IMG/VR virus record: IMGVR_UViG_3300020043_001884
Location: 1 to 58,314 of that record
DNA: 58,314 nt
Reading direction: 5' to 3' (one strand)
DNA from: a virus
Taxonomy: Duplodnaviria > Caudoviricetes
Under the pieces are notes generated by a model. That model saw nothing but the letters and a program-made list of their open reading frames with translations, ran no database searches and was not told where the DNA came from. Every line of letters starts with the position of its first letter. The stretch's first letter is position 1. This document shows positions 1 through 8,385 of this stretch, in pieces. Both the position numbers and the translations under genes were made by a program.

Positions 1-1
1 C

Positions 2-157
2 GCCGGATATGAAAGCCGCCGCGCCTACTTGGAATCGCTCGCCGAGGACTTCCCCGCCGATGTTGTTTACGCACTTGCCGACATTCTCGGGCCGGGCGAG
101 GACTTTGACGGACTAATTACCGCTTTAGAAGATGCCGCCGAATCGGGTGACCTATGA
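2..157 (+). CDS. small acidic phage protein, 5'-truncated by window edge
   Basis: Own translation: AGYESRRAYLESLAEDFPADVVYALADILGPGEDFDGLITALEDAAESGDL*; TGA overlaps the next ATG (ATGA). Confidence 0.7.
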   Translation, partial: AGYESRRAYLESLAEDFPADVVYALADILGPGEDFDGLITALEDAAESGDL

Positions 158-258
158 ACGAACACGAACACACCCCCCACGCGGTCGCGCTGATTGTCGC
201 CGCCGTTGTCGTTTCGCTGGCAGTTTATGCCGCGCTGATTTTCTTTTTCTCACTTTGA
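154..258 (+). CDS. 34-aa single-TM membrane peptide
   Basis: MNEHEHTPHAVALIVAAVVVSLAVYAALIFFFSL; ATGA-coupled to upstream gene. Confidence 0.6.
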   Translation: MNEHEHTPHAVALIVAAVVVSLAVYAALIFFFSL

Positions 259-269
259 AAGGCCAAACC

Positions 270-581
270 ATGGAAACCATCAACACAACCCCCGCCGAAA
301 TCACCCGCGCAATTGACGAACTAGCCGCAATCCGCGCCGAGATCGCAGAACTAAAAGCAAAAGAAGAAACCCGCCGACTGTTTTTAATCGCCGCTGGCAT
401 CACAGCCGCCGATGGAACTCAGCACCGCGTCACCATCAGCACCACCTACAAAGTGTCCATAGACTGGAAAACGATAGCCGAACGCTTGAACCCTTCCACG
501 CAACTAATCACCGCGCACACCACCAAGGCCGAAGAACCGACCTATACCCTGCGCCTGTCAGGAAGGAAGGCCGCACGATGA
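270..581 (+). CDS. hypothetical protein (N-terminal coiled coil)
   Basis: Start re-called to ATG 270 after GAAAGG RBS; in frame with track ORF 132..581. Confidence 0.75.
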   Translation: METINTTPAEITRAIDELAAIRAEIAELKAKEETRRLFLIAAGITAADGTQHRVTISTTYKVSIDWKTIAERLNPSTQLITAHTTKAEEPTYTLRLSGRKAAR

Positions 582-772
582 AAACCCTCGAAGTGACCAT
601 TAAGAAGGTATGGGGAAACCGCGTCATTTACCCCATGAACGATGCCGCCCGACATTTTGCAAAGGTAGCGGGCACAAAAACCCTTACACCCGAAACCCTG
701 AAAACCGCCCGCGCCATGGGTTATGAAATCCACGAAGTCTACAACCCCCAACTAGAGGACATTTTGAAATGA
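578..772 (+). CDS. hypothetical protein
   Basis: ORF with ATGA overlaps at both ends. Confidence 0.75.
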   Translation: MKTLEVTIKKVWGNRVIYPMNDAARHFAKVAGTKTLTPETLKTARAMGYEIHEVYNPQLEDILK

Positions 773-888
773 AAAAATTTTTACGCCGCTTTTTTTCCGC
801 GCCGTGTTGCGAATGCAGGGCGGTTAATGTTCTACGCTGGAAACGCCGCTGTTCTTTTTGCGATATTGGCGAAGGGGCAATCAAATGA
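769..888 (+). CDS. 39-aa putative zinc-binding peptide
   Basis: MKKFLRRFFSAPCCECRAVNVLRWKRRCSFCDIGEGAIK; two CxxC; GAGG RBS; ATGA coupling on both sides. Confidence 0.6.
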   Translation: MKKFLRRFFSAPCCECRAVNVLRWKRRCSFCDIGEGAIK

Positions 889-1631
889 GTGGCTTAATCG
901 TTTACGAGGGAAAAAGTGAAATTGACGGTGCGCCCATTGTGGTAATTCTCACCGCGATCAATGGTTCAATGAACCCTAAGACCGGCCACATGGTGCAATC
1001 GTTCATTCTCCGAGCCGACATCGACCCCATCACCGCCGCAAAAGCCGGACATGATGTATCGATATGCGGGCAGTGTGAACACCGCCCCGTGCTGGCACGA
1101 AAGACAGGGAAACCGCCCTGCTATGTCACGCTGGCACACTCCCCGCTGCAGGTCTACAAAGCATACAAGCGCGGGTCATATTCCCGAGTTGACCCCGACA
1201 CCGCCGCCGCCCTCATCACCGCCCGAAAACTCCGCATCGGGTCTTATGGCGACCCCGCCGCCGCACCAGTTAAATTGTGGCAGACACTTACCCGCCACAC
1301 CCGTGGGCACACCGGTTACAGCCACCAATGGAAGCGCCCCGATTTTGATTTTGACCAATGGCGCGGGCTTGTCATGGCATCCGCCGACAACCTAGACGAT
1401 GCCGCGCTGGCAAACCTAAACGGAATGAGGGTTTTTCGCGTGACCATTGGGGCAGATGTTCAGCCGGACGAAGTGACTTGCCCCGCATCAAACGAAGCAG
1501 GACGCCGCACGACTTGCGCCGAGTGTATGTTATGCGCTGGCACGAGCCGGAACGCCCGCGACATTGTGATTCAAGACCACGCCGCCGGACACGCTCGCCG
1601 TGTAATCCAACTTAAAGAGGTGACAGCATGA
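885..1631 (+). CDS. Cys-rich conserved phage protein (putative metal/Fe-S binding)
   Basis: NPKTG, SICGQC, CYV, RIGSYGDP, GYSHQW, MASAD, CPAS, CAECMLC motifs; start ATG 885. Confidence 0.7.
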   Translation: MSGLIVYEGKSEIDGAPIVVILTAINGSMNPKTGHMVQSFILRADIDPITAAKAGHDVSICGQCEHRPVLARKTGKPPCYVTLAHSPLQVYKAYKRGSYSRVDPDTAAALITARKLRIGSYGDPAAAPVKLWQTLTRHTRGHTGYSHQWKRPDFDFDQWRGLVMASADNLDDAALANLNGMRVFRVTIGADVQPDEVTCPASNEAGRRTTCAECMLCAGTSRNARDIVIQDHAAGHARRVIQLKEVTA

Positions 1632-1954
1632 TCAAATCAATGAACGCAAAATATAGGGGTATATGCGCCCGCACTGGTGCGCCGATCAATGTAGGCGACC
1701 CCATCAGATACGACACCACCAGCCGCCGTGCATGGCTTGATCAAGCCGCCGAAACGATGACACCCGCCGCCGCGCTGGTGACAGAACTAGACCCCGACAT
1801 AGACCCCGAAACCGCCGAGAGTGTAGGCCGATACATGGCACGAGCCGCCCGAGGTTATCGCTCAGACATATACAGCGCCAGCGGGCGCGAATACTACCGA
1901 AACAAGGCCGGACGCTGTGAGGATGCGCCCTGCTGTGGATGCTGTAACTTTTGA
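1628..1954 (+). CDS. hypothetical protein with C-terminal GRCEDAPCCGCC motif
   Basis: ORF with GAGG RBS and Cys-rich C-terminus. Confidence 0.75.
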   Translation: MIKSMNAKYRGICARTGAPINVGDPIRYDTTSRRAWLDQAAETMTPAAALVTELDPDIDPETAESVGRYMARAARGYRSDIYSASGREYYRNKAGRCEDAPCCGCCNF

Positions 1955-1965
1955 AAGGTCAAACC

Positions 1966-2226
1966 ATGAAAACCGAACACACCCCCGCCCCTTGGACAAT
2001 TCAACACGGCGAAAGCCGCCGCGTTTATCTCATCAACGACCGCAAAGGCCACGCCATAGGCGAGATTGTCTACACCGACACGCGCAACCCCTCAGACGCT
2101 CAACTAATCGCCGCCGCGCCCGATCTACTCGCCGCGCTTGTGGCTTTACTTGAAGATCAAAGAGACGCAAGCCTGCCAGCACTAGCGCAAGCCCGCGCCG
2201 CCGTTTATAAAGCAATAGGGGCATGA
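1966..2226 (+). CDS. hypothetical phage protein (HTPxPW...LIAAAPDLL type)
   Basis: Common small-phage-protein motif; ATG 1966 after GAAAGG. Confidence 0.75.
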   Translation: MKTEHTPAPWTIQHGESRRVYLINDRKGHAIGEIVYTDTRNPSDAQLIAAAPDLLAALVALLEDQRDASLPALAQARAAVYKAIGA

Positions 2227-2227
2227 C

Positions 2228-2413
2228 ATGAAACACACCGAACACGCCTACACCGAGGCCGGATATAAATTTATCCGCGCCAGCACAAACCGCGCCCGAG
2301 CAATTGCAGACACCATCCGCGCCATGTTGGAATCAGAAGAACCAGACGACCGCGAAGAAGCCCGCCGCCTAATCCAGCGCGGAATGAGTGAAGCCCGCTT
2401 GTCGCATAAGTGA
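2228..2413 (+). CDS. hypothetical protein
   Basis: ORF in packed operon, AGGGG RBS. Confidence 0.65.
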   Translation: MKHTEHAYTEAGYKFIRASTNRARAIADTIRAMLESEEPDDREEARRLIQRGMSEARLSHK

Positions 2414-2473
2414 CAGACAACCCCCCACCACTGGGGGGAAAATTCCCAAACCCAAACCAAAGGAGAAAAGCAA

Positions 2474-2641
2474 ATGCAACTCTACGCAATCACCATCGAA
2501 GCCACCGCACAACGCACGATCACCCTAGCGGCGGCGTCACTAGCGGAGGCGCAAGCGACCGCACTAGACATTTTCGATTTCCCTGCCGAGACTATGCAAC
2601 TCGACATAGTGGAGGCGGCGCAACTAGAGGAGGCGGTATGA
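2474..2641 (+). CDS. 55-aa acidic hypothetical protein
   Basis: MQLYAITIEATAQRTITLAAASLAEAQ...LEEAV*; strong AAGGAG RBS; not in the ORF track. Confidence 0.7.
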   Translation: MQLYAITIEATAQRTITLAAASLAEAQATALDIFDFPAETMQLDIVEAAQLEEAV

Positions 2642-3126
2642 AGATCGAACTCAAGAGCATCAAGTATTCCGAGTTTGCCAGCCATGAAACATCATGTTTC
2701 GAGGCGGCGGTCTACATCGATGGCAAGCGAGCCGGAACTGTTGAAAACAACGGACAGGGAGGGTGCAACTTCTACCACCCCCACGAACTAGAGGAGGCAC
2801 TTAAAGCCCACGCCAAGACCCTGCCCAAGGTCATGTATCACGAACACGAATTCGACCAAGATGCCGACACTTTGATAGGCGACCTATTGACGGAACACCT
2901 ACACGCCAAAGACTTGAAGCGAGCATTGAACAAGCGAATTATGTTCGTTACCCATGACGACCAACTCAAAGAAACAATTAACCTAGAACGGCAACGCATG
3001 GAGTCAATCCTTGCCAATGCTGCACTTGTCGGTCAACTGAAAGCAAAAACAATCCTGAATTTGCTTCCGTTTGATCAAGCCCTGTCCCTGTATATCAACC
3101 ACGCAAAAGGAGCAAATCATGCCTAA
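2638..3126 (+). CDS. hypothetical protein
   Basis: MKIELKSIKYSEFASHETSCFEA...NNGQGG; GGAGG RBS; start re-called from 2410. Confidence 0.75.
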   Translation: MKIELKSIKYSEFASHETSCFEAAVYIDGKRAGTVENNGQGGCNFYHPHELEEALKAHAKTLPKVMYHEHEFDQDADTLIGDLLTEHLHAKDLKRALNKRIMFVTHDDQLKETINLERQRMESILANAALVGQLKAKTILNLLPFDQALSLYINHAKGANHA

Positions 3127-3706
3127 CTGGTGCGCCAATTCCCTGAAAATCACCCCGACCAACGAACAAGCCAAGACCATGCTGGCTAAGATCGAAGCCG
3201 CCCTAGAGGAGGCAAAAGAGGACGGCGAATGCAGACTGTTCGACACCATCCACCCCATGCCCAATGAACTGATGGACACAACGAAGGGCAGTTTCGGTGA
3301 CGAAGAAAAAGAGGCCGCAAATCAAGCCAAGATTGCAGTAAACACGGCCAAGTATGGCTATCCCACATGGTATGAATTTGCCCTTGCAGAGTGGGGCACG
3401 AAATGGGATGCGTGCGAAGTGACCTACGATAAGCAGGGCGATTCACTGCTGATCTGGTTTGACACCGCATGGTCGCCCCCGATGGCAATCTACACCAAAC
3501 TGGAAGCCATGGGTTTTGAAGTGGAGGCAACCTATTGCGAGGCCGGAATGGGCTACGCTGGTGTTTACCGCAATGGGACGGATGACGAACATGAAATTAG
3601 TTTTTGGAGTGATGAAGATAATAGCGGCGAAGAATCGGAAGAACGAATGACTGAGTTTTTTAACTCATTCAATGTCAACCACCAACCTAACCACATGGGG
3701 GGCTAA
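3119..3706 (+). CDS. DUF1281/YubB ferredoxin-like domain protein
   Basis: MPNWCxN start, WY...WGTKWD, FDTAWSPP motifs. Confidence 0.75.
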   Translation: MPNWCANSLKITPTNEQAKTMLAKIEAALEEAKEDGECRLFDTIHPMPNELMDTTKGSFGDEEKEAANQAKIAVNTAKYGYPTWYEFALAEWGTKWDACEVTYDKQGDSLLIWFDTAWSPPMAIYTKLEAMGFEVEATYCEAGMGYAGVYRNGTDDEHEISFWSDEDNSGEESEERMTEFFNSFNVNHQPNHMGG

Positions 3707-3708
3707 TC

Positions 3709-4089
3709 ATGGGATTCTTTTCAAAGTGTTGCGCTAAATCGCACTTGCCTGTCGTCACCTTTTACAGGGATGGCACGCCACCAGAACTCAACCAAGTGGT
3801 CGCCCTGACCCCCGATGGGCGGGTTGTGGAGGGTTCATACGATGGCTACGGCAGGGTCGCTGGCGAGGATTTTTGCGATGGAGACTACAAGGCTTGGCAA
3901 AAAGTCAAATTCGTTTTGAAGATGCACTACAACGGCGAGTCATACAAAGACCTGCCCAAGTCGGGCGATGAGTTGGCGCAAGGCTACTTCATGGCGGATG
4001 AATTCATTGACCATTGCATGAAGGTCAGATCGTTCAAGTCCCGCAAGGAATACGAGAAGTCATTCAAAGAATTGGCAGGGTGGATTTAA
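3709..4089 (+). CDS. hypothetical protein
   Basis: MGFFSKCC...GSYDGYG motif. Confidence 0.75.
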   Translation: MGFFSKCCAKSHLPVVTFYRDGTPPELNQVVALTPDGRVVEGSYDGYGRVAGEDFCDGDYKAWQKVKFVLKMHYNGESYKDLPKSGDELAQGYFMADEFIDHCMKVRSFKSRKEYEKSFKELAGWI

Positions 4090-4091
4090 TC

Positions 4092-4265
4092 ATGAGCAAA
4101 TTTGTCGTATGTGTGAAACGCATCACCATTGAGAAAATGACCCTCGAAATTGAGGCAGACGATTGGGAGAATGCAGAGGATATAGCTCTTGAAACAGCCT
4201 ACTACGCCGACCCAGAAGAATGGGAATTAATTTGCAAATATGAAGCAGAAGCGGAGGAATTATGA
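4092..4265 (+). CDS. small acidic protein
   Basis: IEADDWENAEDIA pattern; ATG 4092. Confidence 0.6.
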   Translation: MSKFVVCVKRITIEKMTLEIEADDWENAEDIALETAYYADPEEWELICKYEAEAEEL

Positions 4266-4480
4266 AGCCGTGGCACGAATACACCCCCTCGGGGGTGGAT
4301 AACCTAGCGGAGGAGGCTATCAACGAAGCCATCCTCCACATTCAAAAACAAATGCGGATTCCCGCTGGTGATGCTGCCGCCCATTTTTTCTCGGGCGAAA
4401 GGTATCGCAAGATGAAGGAAGAATTCAAGGACTATGTGCGCCTTGAAATCAGTCTGTATTCCAAATCAAACGGAGGTTGA
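4262..4480 (+). CDS. hypothetical protein
   Basis: GGAGG RBS, ATGA coupling. Confidence 0.7.
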   Translation: MKPWHEYTPSGVDNLAEEAINEAILHIQKQMRIPAGDAAAHFFSGERYRKMKEEFKDYVRLEISLYSKSNGG

Positions 4481-4482
4481 CC

Positions 4483-4617
4483 ATGACCGCAATGGAACTT
4501 TACCAACTGCTCAACGCCGCCGGCATCGAATATGAAGTGGTGGAAATATTTGAGGGGGCACGCTGGCTACGAATCGAAGTGGAGGAGGAAGATGAAACCG
4601 AAGAAACCCAAGCCTGA
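4483..4617 (+). CDS. 44-aa acidic protein
   Basis: MTAMELYQLLNAAGIEYEVVEIFEGARWLRIEVEEEDETEETQA; GGAGG RBS. Confidence 0.6.
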   Translation: MTAMELYQLLNAAGIEYEVVEIFEGARWLRIEVEEEDETEETQA

Positions 4618-4720
4618 AACTTGGCCTTGGCCTTTCCCCTATAGCAATGGAGTAAAGGTCAAGCCGCCACCCAAAAGACCCAAACCCAAACAACCAGAAG
4701 GAGAGGAGGCGTTGTTGTGA
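4592..4720 (+). CDS. Pro/Lys-rich small protein
   Basis: MKPKKPKPETWPWPFP...; GGAGG RBS. Confidence 0.5.
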   Translation: MKPKKPKPETWPWPFPYSNGVKVKPPPKRPKPKQPEGEEALL

Positions 4721-5343
4721 GAGTGCTTGTTGCTTGTGAGTATTCAGGGGCAGTCAGGGACGCCTTCATAAAGGAGGGGCACTACGCCCTTTCTTGCGAC
4801 CTACTGCCATGCGATTCAGCCGAAGATGGCGACCATTACCAAGGCAATGTGCTAGACATACTTGACCACAATTGGGACTTGATGATCGCCCATCCACCAT
4901 GCACATATCTCTGCTCATCAGGATTGCACTGGAATAAAAGAGTGGAGGGTAGACAACAGAAAACAGAGGAGGCGTTGCAGTTTGTGGAGGCTTTAATGCT
5001 TGCACCGATCCCTCGCATCGCTATAGAAAATCCCATCGGCTGCATATCTACCCGCATACGGAAACCAGACCAAACCATCCAGCCATACCAGTTTGGACAC
5101 GACGCCAGCAAATCCACCTGCTTGTGGCTTAAGAACCTGCCGCCCCTTGAACCAACCAATTACATCCAGCCACGCATCGTAAACGGCAAAAAAAGATGGG
5201 GTAACCAAACTGATAGCGGTCAAAACAAACTATCACCATCCGATGATCGCTGGAAAATCAGAAGCGAAACCTACCAAGGAATCGCGGAGGCGATGGCCAA
5301 GCAATGGGGGGTAGTTGCAATAAAGCAACAATCGTTGTTGTAA
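4717..5343 (+). CDS. C5 DNA cytosine methyltransferase (short phage type)
   Basis: VLVACEYSG (motif I variant), DLMIAHPPC (catalytic PC), IENP (motif VI). Confidence 0.8.
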   Translation: MRVLVACEYSGAVRDAFIKEGHYALSCDLLPCDSAEDGDHYQGNVLDILDHNWDLMIAHPPCTYLCSSGLHWNKRVEGRQQKTEEALQFVEALMLAPIPRIAIENPIGCISTRIRKPDQTIQPYQFGHDASKSTCLWLKNLPPLEPTNYIQPRIVNGKKRWGNQTDSGQNKLSPSDDRWKIRSETYQGIAEAMAKQWGVVAIKQQSLL

Positions 5344-5371
5344 ATACTTAACAATACTGGAAAATACCTAC

Positions 5372-5572
5372 ATGAACCAACGATCCATGTTCGCCGTTTA
5401 CATATACGAAGACCCCGAAGGAAACCTTTCCGTTCGGGCGGACAGTTATGGGCAGGGCGAAAAGGCTATCGCGTTGGGCATGGATTTGCTGGATGCAATC
5501 GCCACCATGAATCAGAAATGTGGAGGCGAATACCTGATGCTACCCATAGACAGGGCTGAGTGCATTCAGTGA
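5372..5572 (+). CDS. hypothetical protein
   Basis: ORF; overlaps the primase tail-to-tail. Confidence 0.55.
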   Translation: MNQRSMFAVYIYEDPEGNLSVRADSYGQGEKAIALGMDLLDAIATMNQKCGGEYLMLPIDRAECIQ

Positions 5573-6379
5573 TTTGAGGAGGCTTTGGCTGAACTTAAAC
5601 AGGCCGAGCCGCTGGTGTGCATCGTTGGCATCCTCCCCCACCCGATCACTTATCCAATACTGCCAGCCAATTTCCTGAGCCGTTTTCTCCCCCGTCCGGC
5701 TCTCGTCATTATCGGCAATAACTAAACCATCCTGCAGATTTTGGGCTATTTTGCGCATATTTCCTGCAGAAAAGCACACATGGAGGGTGTAGCGGCGGCG
5801 AATCACCTTCATGGCTGAACGGATGGACAGTGCCGTGGCGTAGCCCTCGCACAGGATATGGTTTCCCTTGTTGTTGAAGATGAACTCGGCATGGGCGGTG
5901 CGCTGACCATACAGAAACTTCTTCCCGCCCTGCTCGTCAACGATCTGGCAGCCGACCAGGCTACCCTCTATCCGCATAGGAATGATGAGGAGGCGTTGCC
6001 CATCCTTAACCCACACATTGCCCTCTTCGTCTGGAAATCCCTTCGACTTGAGGTATTCGTGCTTGGCAAACTGGCACTGCTTCAGGATAGAGGCGGCGGT
6101 GGAGGCGGCGGCGTTCTGCATCCTGATCCGCTCGGCCTCTGCTTCCTTTGCGATGCGGGCATAGTCCCGCTTCTGACTGTCGCTGATACCCTCCCCGCTC
6201 CAGATGGATACCTCAGTGTCAGTGGCGTGGTTCTGGACAAAGGCATGGTCGCCCATGAACTTGACCGCTCCGTTGCGTTTGCGTGGGTGATCCTCAGTCG
6301 GGAACCGTTTCCACTGCCCGATTGGAGGAGGCGAATCGATGATGATGCCGTGGGCACGGCAGAAACTCAGGAACTCCAT
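5540..6379 (-). CDS. Toprim-domain DNA primase (P4/plasmid-type, no helicase domain)
   Basis: YLKSKG, LCEGYATALS, IADND, DAND motifs; start re-called to MEFLSF. Confidence 0.85.
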   Translation of the reverse strand: MEFLSFCRAHGIIIDSPPPIGQWKRFPTEDHPRKRNGAVKFMGDHAFVQNHATDTEVSIWSGEGISDSQKRDYARIAKEAEAERIRMQNAAASTAASILKQCQFAKHEYLKSKGFPDEEGNVWVKDGQRLLIIPMRIEGSLVGCQIVDEQGGKKFLYGQRTAHAEFIFNNKGNHILCEGYATALSIRSAMKVIRRRYTLHVCFSAGNMRKIAQNLQDGLVIADNDESRTGEKTAQEIGWQYWISDRVGEDANDAHQRLGLFKFSQSLLKSLNALSPVYG

Positions 6380-6495
6380 TACAGGTCTTCCAGCCTGATC
6401 ATTCGGTCTACCCACTCCATGGCGTAACCCCATGCTGTCACAACGATGGCGGCTGGCACGAACACCCAAGCCACAAATCCCACAATCTTTCTCAC
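6379..6495 (-). CDS. 38-aa membrane peptide
   Basis: MRKIVGFVAWVFVPAAIVVTAWGYAMEWVDRMIRLEDL (GTG start); coupled on both sides. Confidence 0.55.
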   Translation of the reverse strand: MRKIVGFVAWVFVPAAIVVTAWGYAMEWVDRMIRLEDL

Positions 6496-6698
6496 GACGG
6501 CTTCCTTTCACCTGTTTCAAACTTTTCACGCTCATCCATGGAGGCATGGACTATCGATCCAACCTCTGTAACATCTGGACTACACCAGCAATGTATCGTG
6601 GGCTGATGCTCCCGCATATCGTTAGCCGGCAAGACATGAATCCGGCCTTTGTTGTCTTCCCGCAGCATCCAGCCTTGAGTTTCTTTATTCTTCATCAT
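6492..6698 (-). CDS. hypothetical protein (H/C metal-binding motif)
   Basis: HVLP...HQPTIHCWCSP...VH; GGAG RBS before ATG 6698. Confidence 0.6.
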   Translation of the reverse strand: MMKNKETQGWMLREDNKGRIHVLPANDMREHQPTIHCWCSPDVTEVGSIVHASMDEREKFETGERKPS

Positions 6699-6819
6699 CT
6701 CCACCTGCATCAAAACAATCCATTGCATCTTCCTGAATCTGCCGTTCCTTTTCGAGGCGGCGTTCACGCATGGCCTCGTAGTATTCCTCTTCTTCCGCTT
6801 GGGTGTATTCATTTCTCAT
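6685..6819 (-). CDS. 44-aa acidic protein
   Basis: MRNEYTQAEEEEYYEAMRERRLEKERQIQEDAMDCFDAGGDDEE; AAGGAG RBS. Confidence 0.6.
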   Translation of the reverse strand: MRNEYTQAEEEEYYEAMRERRLEKERQIQEDAMDCFDAGGDDEE

Positions 6820-6830
6820 GTGTTTCTCCT

Positions 6831-8318
6831 TCAGTATTGACGTTTCTTGATTGCCCGAATGTAAGCCCGCTTCTTGGCCTCCACAAACTTGTGCACCTCC
6901 AAGTCTGGTCGTTGCGGCGCATCGCTCAGATTGCGTGGCTCAACCCCAAACTTTTCCTTGTAGGTGTAGAACGCCCAGCCCGGCTTCTTCCCTTGGTTCT
7001 GGACATACCACTGGAGCATTGACCACCACTTCTGTTTGTTCTCACGGCTCATGGTCTGCAGCTCTTCCATTTCGCCAGCTGTCACAGATACCTTGTTGCG
7101 CTTCTCCCGCACATACCCGCATGACGAACAAGTGTCCAGACCTGGCGGCATATACGCCTCACACCGCGGGCACTTGGCTTCCTTCTTCTCCTTCTCTGTC
7201 GGCTCCCGCTTGGTCTTCTCTTTGCCGTCATCCAACTCGCTGACACCGTTCTCAAACACATCCTCCCAATCTTCCCGAAAGCGGAGGTAGTTGCCCGAGT
7301 GATCAAGCCAAACGGCAAACGGCTTTGACTCTGGATCAGTCTGATTCGCCCGCATTACCCGCCCCATCTGCTGGATGTGGGAGGAAAGCGACTTGCTGAA
7401 TGGCCGAGCAGATACCCCGATCATCACATCAGGCACATCAAAACCCTTGGTCAGGATGTCTGTGGCGATCAGGCCGTGAATCTCCGTGTCTGGTTTGGAG
7501 AAGTCTTCAATCACTTCCTTCTTAAACTCGTCATCGTCCCGATATGAAATGGATATGAAGTTGTAGCCCTGCTCTGCAAACTTCTTTGCCAAGTGTGCGC
7601 CATGGTCCACGCCAGCGCAGAACACAATCGTCTTGCGGGGGCGACCAAAGAACTCATGGGTCTTCTTGATCCACTCCTGAACGATGTCACCAGTGATCTT
7701 GATGCCCCGCTCAGTAGCCTCTGCCTGTGACCATTCGCCTGCCACCTTCTTGGCTCCAGACATATCAATCTCTTTGGCAATGAACACCCGCAAAGGAACC
7801 AACACCCCCTGATTGACCAACTCTTTGGTGGTGACGGACGAAACCACATGGTCGTAGACCTTCCCCAAACCTTTCGTAAAAGGCGTGGCGGTGAGGCCAA
7901 TGACCTTGATGTCGGGGTTGTTCTTGATGAACTCCACGGTCTGCTGCCGGGTCTGGTGCGCCTCATCCACGATCAACAGGTTGAAAGAAGGGATGTCACC
8001 CCTACGCTCCAAGGTCTGGGCAGAGCAGACTTGGATGTGTTCGTAGGGGCGGTATCTCCAGTGGCCTGATTGAAGCACGCCGTGGTCAATAGAATACCGC
8101 TCAAGGCGTTTGCTGGTCTGGTCGCACAGCACGATTCGGTCAAGAATCATGGCGCTTCTGTTGCCCTTTGCTTTGGTGGCACGGAGCAATTCGATGGCCA
8201 TCTCAGTCTTGCCAGCACCAGTGGGGGCGTAAAGAATCTGTGCCCGCTTTCCGTTGGCAAAGCCTCGACGCAGGTTATCCAGAATCTTGGATTGATATTC
8301 TCTCAGTTGTAGGCTCAT
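6831..8318 (-). CDS. superfamily 2 DNA helicase (RadD/YejH-like) with C-terminal zinc finger
   Basis: LREYQ, APTGAGKT, DEAH, GLTATP, QQMGRVMR, CPRC...CSSC. Confidence 0.9.
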   Translation of the reverse strand: MSLQLREYQSKILDNLRRGFANGKRAQILYAPTGAGKTEMAIELLRATKAKGNRSAMILDRIVLCDQTSKRLERYSIDHGVLQSGHWRYRPYEHIQVCSAQTLERRGDIPSFNLLIVDEAHQTRQQTVEFIKNNPDIKVIGLTATPFTKGLGKVYDHVVSSVTTKELVNQGVLVPLRVFIAKEIDMSGAKKVAGEWSQAEATERGIKITGDIVQEWIKKTHEFFGRPRKTIVFCAGVDHGAHLAKKFAEQGYNFISISYRDDDEFKKEVIEDFSKPDTEIHGLIATDILTKGFDVPDVMIGVSARPFSKSLSSHIQQMGRVMRANQTDPESKPFAVWLDHSGNYLRFREDWEDVFENGVSELDDGKEKTKREPTEKEKKEAKCPRCEAYMPPGLDTCSSCGYVREKRNKVSVTAGEMEELQTMSRENKQKWWSMLQWYVQNQGKKPGWAFYTYKEKFGVEPRNLSDAPQRPDLEVHKFVEAKKRAYIRAIKKRQY

Positions 8319-8356
8319 GTGAATCCTCTGCCGGGACACCCCCCGGCTTGGGTTGA

Positions 8357-8385
8357 ATGCTATGTCCTATGTGTTTTGCTGTCAG
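8357..8385 (-). promoter_or_regulatory. sigma70-like promoter for the helicase/primase operon
   Basis: CTGACA-17 nt-TAGCAT on minus strand, followed by a GCCGGG/CCCGGC leader hairpin and GAGG RBS. Confidence 0.5.

Noticed and set aside
132-3126. Upstream starts of track ORFs 132..581, 858..1631 and 2410..3126
   Set aside because: The extensions overlap better small genes in other frames; RBS-supported starts are 270, 885 and 2638.
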